Assembly (NCBI GenBank): GCA_000091205.1
Contig: AP006486.2
Reading direction: 5' to 3' (one strand)
Source of the DNA: Cyanidioschyzon merolae
Lineage: Eukaryota
DNA: 64,000 nucleotides
Part shown: positions 59,101 to 64,000 of the stretch, piece after piece
How positions within the stretch are numbered: the stretch's first letter is position 1
Layout of the letters: each line of letters starts with the position of its first letter
The notes under the pieces: generated by a model
Told to the model about the DNA's origin: nothing
Seen by the model: only the letters and a program-made list of their open reading frames with translations
The model's database searches: none
Translations under genes and position numbers: made by a program

Positions 59101-61420
59101 TGTGTTACCAGGTGAATGTTTGACAGAAAAATCCAGCAGAAGAAGAGGGACAGCTGGCAACCCTGCGTTGGGATCCCCACGAAGCAGCTGCCTGACGAAG
59201 CATGTCAAGGCGAGTGCATCTAAGCGAGCCGTCCTCGGGTAAGAGGCTATCCAAACCCTGATGTTGTCCCGTGCCTCTCAACTTTGCTGGTATCAACGGC
59301 TCTGTCATGTATCCAGTAGCCTAAAAGTGACCTCTGACATCGGATAACACTCATCGGACTAGACTGACCCATGGAGCATTGGCTGGCACGAACTGCAGCT
59401 GAACGCCAATCGCAGTTATGTGTTCGTTGACGGCCTTTGAGTCATGGAAAGTGATACGGTCTTTGGGCACATCAGAATCATGTGAGAAGTAGAAGCCATA
59501 AAATGTATCGACGAAGGATGAGGTGTTGCAAGGTCCTCCCGTTTCACGATGCGTTTGCGGCGACGAGATCAATCGCCTCTGAACCTGATGTTGTCGGCAT
59601 GCTCGTCTGGCGCTTCCCCGCAAACGGCGATTCACCCGCGCTTGGGTACCCGTCTGCAGCTCTACCACATTTCCGAATAAAATCTTACGGAGTGAGACGC
59701 GCACTCGTTCCACATGCTGTAATCGCTTGTGTTGCATTTTGTAATGAACAGGGCGTGTTGCTGAACACGTGATTGTCTCCAATAGAGGTGCGCCCCGTAA
59801 AACGAGGAATGTTTCACAACCAGAGTCTATGTATGTACACTTAGTCAAAGGGCGCTTCCGAGCCATTCTCCATCGGCCTGTGTGCTATCGGATTAAGTTT
59901 CATTCGACGCACACATCGAGCGTCAGAGCTTGCCCCACAAAGTTAGATCGCCTCAGTTCTCCGGGGCTCGTATGCTGCACCATACATCGACTCACGAACA
60001 ACATGCGTGCGTTGTCGCTGGTGGAATTCATCATTACAGGGAGTCGTCGAGCTCGCGCCCTATGAGCCACTACAGTCTCGTCATCGCCCCGTCGGGTGAA
60101 CAGCTGTTCCGGCCTATCTATTTTCTTCTTCTTCGTCACTTGTTCTTCTGCGCTCGATGTTTGGCAATGAGGGATTTTTCCGTTCGTTTTCGACAGGCGG
60201 CGATGGCGGCGCTCCGGGATCCCCGAATTCCCTGTGCATAACTTTCCCTTGGAATTTTTATTTCTTCAAAATGAACCGAAATCTATATTTCCGTAGCTGC
60301 GGACCTTCTTGGAGTTTCAAGGACTCGCAGGTGAATGACGAAAAATGCACCAGTGCGCCACCGAGCTGAAGACTTCAGCGCTTCGCCGGATTGAACAATC
60401 ATTACTTTTCCCGATAGAAAGCACGCCCTCTATGGGGTTGAATCACGGTGCGTGTGTGTGTGTGGAGGAATAAACAGACGCTCTAGCCCCGACAGCATCA
60501 GCGAAAGCTCGAACACAAGCGGAATCGCACCATACCACATTGTCAAATGCACGGACGTTGTCAGATGTCGGGTGAAAAGTCTTCTATGATTCGACAAAGT
60601 CATTGGTGCTGTTGTGTGAGCCTTTCCTGCGAGCAAGACCGCGGCAACCTCATTGATGCACTGCTGCACAAAAGAACACGATAATGTCCTGGTTCTCTTC
60701 GAGTTCGATCGCACATACAGCGGACTCCTTCACCTCGAAAACATATAAACGCTCGGAAGATTTTGTTTGAAGGAAGCCTCATCGACTGAAAAAACATACT
60801 GACGTGCCTCTGCTTCATAGCGAAGGCGACTTTCCACGAACGCTCTAGTTTCGATTTCGATGCAAGATGGCCGTGAGTAAACTACGAATTACTTATTGCG
60901 ACTATATTCCGGGGTTTCCGGGACCACACGAACACGCTGTGGAGAAGCAGAGACGCCCGTTGCGACTGCGAACTTCGCTTTCGCTTTCCGTAAGGCGATC
61001 AACGGGTAGTTTTTCTATCATTGGCAGCAAGTAATCCGTGAGCATATCGGTTTTCTGCACGCAACGCATATTCTTGTTTCTTTCAGTTTTCCCCAAACAT
61101 CAGAATCCTGTGGTATGACTGATCTACAGGAGGAATGTAGCGCACCTTGCTCTGCTCCGTAAAGAATCTACCCTACGGGCAATTCGTCGACGATCTAAAC
61201 ACCACACTGCATCGTGATGTCAATCTCTTGCTCTACACTCCGAAAAAGCACTCGGTTACACCTAGTGGGATTGCAGCAACAGCGAGTTGATAGACATTAA
61301 AAGTGTCTCGTGAGAAGCTAGGATCTTGTGCCCGTTCACGAGTAATGCCCGCACATCTGGCGACTTTCCAACAGTCGGCGAAACGCTTTCCCACATCAGC
61401 ATGCACCAGCGCTGCGTCTC

Positions 61421-62446
61421 ATGGACGATCCGCAGAAGCGGGCAAATGGAATGGACTGGGGCGTTGCTCGCTGGCGGAGCGAGGGCTCGCGGAGGGACTC
61501 GCTTGGCCCCAGTTCTCTAAACCTGATGAAATCCCTGGTGCTTGAAACTACTTTTGTACAGCCTGCACAAGCTCATCCCTTCACCGTTAGGAAGCAAAGA
61601 CCAAGCGCTTGTTGTCCGTGGTACGGCGCCAGCAGCGCAACGCGGCTACTGCGCAGAAACCTGCACCGACGCCCAGGAGCTTTCGTGCTACACCTCAGCG
61701 CGAAAAAGGTTCGTGAGCTGGTACGCATCCGGTTGTATCCTTCAGACTTGAGTTTTCGCTGGAACGCGTGTCGCTTCTGTTTCTGGTTAAAGTGCAGGTA
61801 TGGGGTGGCGATGCGGCCTCCGTTTCCTGAGGTCTTCAACCATATCGATGCGGCTATGAAAGAAGCATTTCATGGGAGAAACCTTCGCTCGGTCGCAAGT
61901 ATCCCAGATGATTGGCCAGACGGAACCATCGACTGCTCCTCCGCGATCGAAAACGTGCGCTCACAAGAGTTCGAGGTGACGACGCACGCGTGGGTACGCT
62001 TCACGATCACAGGTCGACTTGATGGGCTCATCCGCTTCCAAGATGAGACGCTGGGTGTCCTGGACTTTAAGGTTTCTCGGGCGGAGACATCCAAACTGCA
62101 GGAAACGTATGCGATGCAGTTACATGCGTATGCTTTTGCACTGGAGAAAGCCGCGAACCTCCTCGATGCCGATGACACGAGCATAGCACCGGTGCCTCTG
62201 CCTCCAGCGGTGCCTCGGCTTGCGCTCATCGTTTTCCGACCCGATGGATATGAGCTCTTACCGTCGAGTCACGAGAGCTGTCTCCGAGGCCAGACGGAGT
62301 TCATTCCCATTGAGCGGGATGATGAAGGCTTCTACGCACTCTGCCAAGAGATCGCTGCATTGTTTGAGCGCCCCGAGCCGCCGGCCCCGAGCAAGCATTG
62401 CGAAACCTGTAGCTTTTACGCTGCTCGCTATCCATTTCAGTCCTAG
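61421..62446 (+). CDS. Cas4/Exo5-like PD-(D/E)XK nuclease with putative Fe-S cysteine ligands
   Basis: RecB-nuclease motifs in order: GRLDGLIRF (motif II Asp), VLDFKVS (D-x-K), QLHAY (QhxxY). Cys cluster CRFCFWLKC near the N-terminus and CETC at the C-terminus, as in Cas4/AddB/Exo5 Fe-S nucleases. ATG at 61421. Confidence 0.45.
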   Translation: MDDPQKRANGMDWGVARWRSEGSRRDSLGPSSLNLMKSLVLETTFVQPAQAHPFTVRKQRPSACCPWYGASSATRLLRRNLHRRPGAFVLHLSAKKVRELVRIRLYPSDLSFRWNACRFCFWLKCRYGVAMRPPFPEVFNHIDAAMKEAFHGRNLRSVASIPDDWPDGTIDCSSAIENVRSQEFEVTTHAWVRFTITGRLDGLIRFQDETLGVLDFKVSRAETSKLQETYAMQLHAYAFALEKAANLLDADDTSIAPVPLPPAVPRLALIVFRPDGYELLPSSHESCLRGQTEFIPIERDDEGFYALCQEIAALFERPEPPAPSKHCETCSFYAARYPFQS

Positions 62447-63283
62447 ACGAGCGATTGCAGCGGGGCCTCTCTAACCGACGCAGGTACTGGATGTCAATAG
62501 CGTGATGTGCGACAATTCATGTGCGGTTGCGAGAGTGCATGCGTACAAGTATCGTGGACTTGCGGTTGGGAATGCGGGTACGCATTTCCAAGAAACGCAG
62601 TACGCAAACACGAGCATGTGCCTTGACGGAGATTCAGACGAGAACGCATGATTCCCGGGTCCGTGAATAGAGCCTGTCACATTCTAGAGTGGACACGACA
62701 GCTGCCCGCATACACGGCGTATGGAGCTGGACTTGTCTCCATCATAGCAAGGCAGAAACAGGAAAACAGAGATGAATGATGCGCTTTGCGTACGGGAACA
62801 AGCAGGCTCAAGAGAAGTGTTCCTCCAACAGCTGGACAGCGCATGGAAGGGAGCACTGCTGGACATCTGCGTTCCAACCTGGGCCGCCCGTCGTCTTGGC
62901 AAACGACCAGCGGCCGTGGAGCTCGCCAACAACAACCATCTCTATGCGCACTACAATATCGGGCGATGTGCTGCAAGATATGCCACCAGTACCCGTTGGA
63001 AACGGAACGTGCATCCGTGTCCGGTCTCAACTTGAAAGCGTCTTCCCAAAAGACGTTGCTGAACGCCGACATACGCACCAGACACAATCGGAACTGGTGT
63101 TCCTAGACGTGCGTCGGACTACATGGTCAGCTGTCTGATCGTCCGGACTCAACAAACCTGCTCTTCAGATACGAAACGAATAGAGTCACCAGTTCGAAGC
63201 GCCACGCAACGATGCGATGCTCTGAGGCATCTCCAGTGAACATTCGTTGGTCGATAGCGGAGCGTGCACGCGCCGCGAGGGTC

Positions 63284-64000
63284 TCAACTGGAAGCTGAGA
63301 CCTTTTGCTCACATAAAACGCGTACCGTCCAGGGCGATAATTCACAAAGATTGGTGGCATCGGGATTGAGCAAGTCGCAGGGATACGCGTGCTGGTAGTG
63401 AACCGCCTCATCCGAGTAATTCGCTGCAATGTGCAGATGCCGGATAGCGTCGCAATCACCGGGCGCCCGGTTATCCAGGTACCAATTCCAGGTGATGATT
63501 CGCCAGTGCTGCATCGGGCCCTGGTCGCTGTAGACAAACCTGCCCTTCCTGAGAATAGGCAACATCAAGATACGATGTAGGCGATCATAAAAACCTGTTT
63601 GAGCGGAGCTTACTGAACGCTCGGGCTCTGCCGCAGCTCGACGCAGGTGCACATCGAGACGTGCACGACGACCTTCGGACTGGCCCCAGAATTCGAGGCG
63701 GATTCCCGGCAGCAGAAAGCTCAGCGCCGCAGCGGCGTTTGCGACACGAACGTCACCGAAATGGCTTGCGGCCCGCGGCTCATCGTGATTCTCGACAAAG
63801 TGTACACAACGAGCGTGAAATTCTGCCGAGCGTTCTCGTAGGTAGCCTCGCAATCGATCCAAGTGCCGCTGGTGGAGCAAGTCATACAGTTTCTTATCGT
63901 ACGTGGCATCGAATCCGAGAGCTTGCAGTCGCTCCTCATAATCCCAGTACACTTCGGCGAGGAAAAGAAAGTCGGGGCGACGCTGACGCACTGCAGCAAT
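63284..64000 (-). CDS. Glycoside hydrolase family 13 (alpha-amylase superfamily) protein, C-terminal part only; the gene continues beyond the window end
   Basis: GH13 conserved regions in order: FLAEVYWDY (region III, catalytic Glu) and FVENHDEPR (region IV His/Asp). The ORF is open to the window edge. Confidence 0.45.
   Translation of the reverse strand: MAAVRQRRPDFLFLAEVYWDYEERLQALGFDATYDKKLYDLLHQRHLDRLRGYLRERSAEFHARCVHFVENHDEPRAASHFGDVRVANAAAALSFLLPGIRLEFWGQSEGRRARLDVHLRRAAAEPERSVSSAQTGFYDRLHRILMLPILRKGRFVYSDQGPMQHWRIITWNWYLDNRAPGDCDAIRHLHIAANYSDEAVHYQHAYPCDLLNPDATNLCELSPWTVRVLCEQKVSASS

Overview
This is a GC-rich (roughly 55-58%), apparently intron-free nuclear segment of a plastid-bearing eukaryote. 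Long uninterrupted ORFs encode MCM2, a TKL-type protein kinase, GUF1/LepA, ubiquilin, PRMT1, RPB7, epsilon-COP, Tsr3, EBP2 and a plastid-type MPBQ/MSBQ methyltransferase (VTE3). Gene density and the lack of introns fit an intron-poor alga such as a cyanidiophycean red alga; this is inference only. I can support about 18 protein-coding genes. Many six-frame ORF 'M' starts are GTG, not ATG, so I re-set several CDS starts to the first in-frame ATG. The most interesting structure is a dispersed repeat family with four copies. Two are near-identical 1,399-bp direct repeats (26589-27987 and 30976-32374, about 98.5% identity, 4,387 bp apart) that precisely bracket the organellar GUF1/LepA gene; the first copy ends 4 bp from the GUF1 stop codon. 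Two older diverged copies lie at about 8.4-9.1 kb and 19.35-20.1 kb. Two AT-richer islands carry degenerate ORF fragments with a convincing TnpB/Fanzor-type RuvC-III signature: 'VP..L.S...F.NRDVNAAINF' at 18.85 kb and 'EYGK...YVPQYKS...DWDASINI' at 35.45 kb. Both have lost the zinc-finger cysteines, so I read them as relics of IS200/605-TnpB (Fanzor/OMEGA-like) elements. The large kinase gene also carries a TIR-like domain split by a low-complexity insertion. A small Cas4/Exo5-like PD-(D/E)XK nuclease gene lies near 62 kb. Several minisatellites and microsatellites are present. I could not support any tRNA or rRNA gene by eye.
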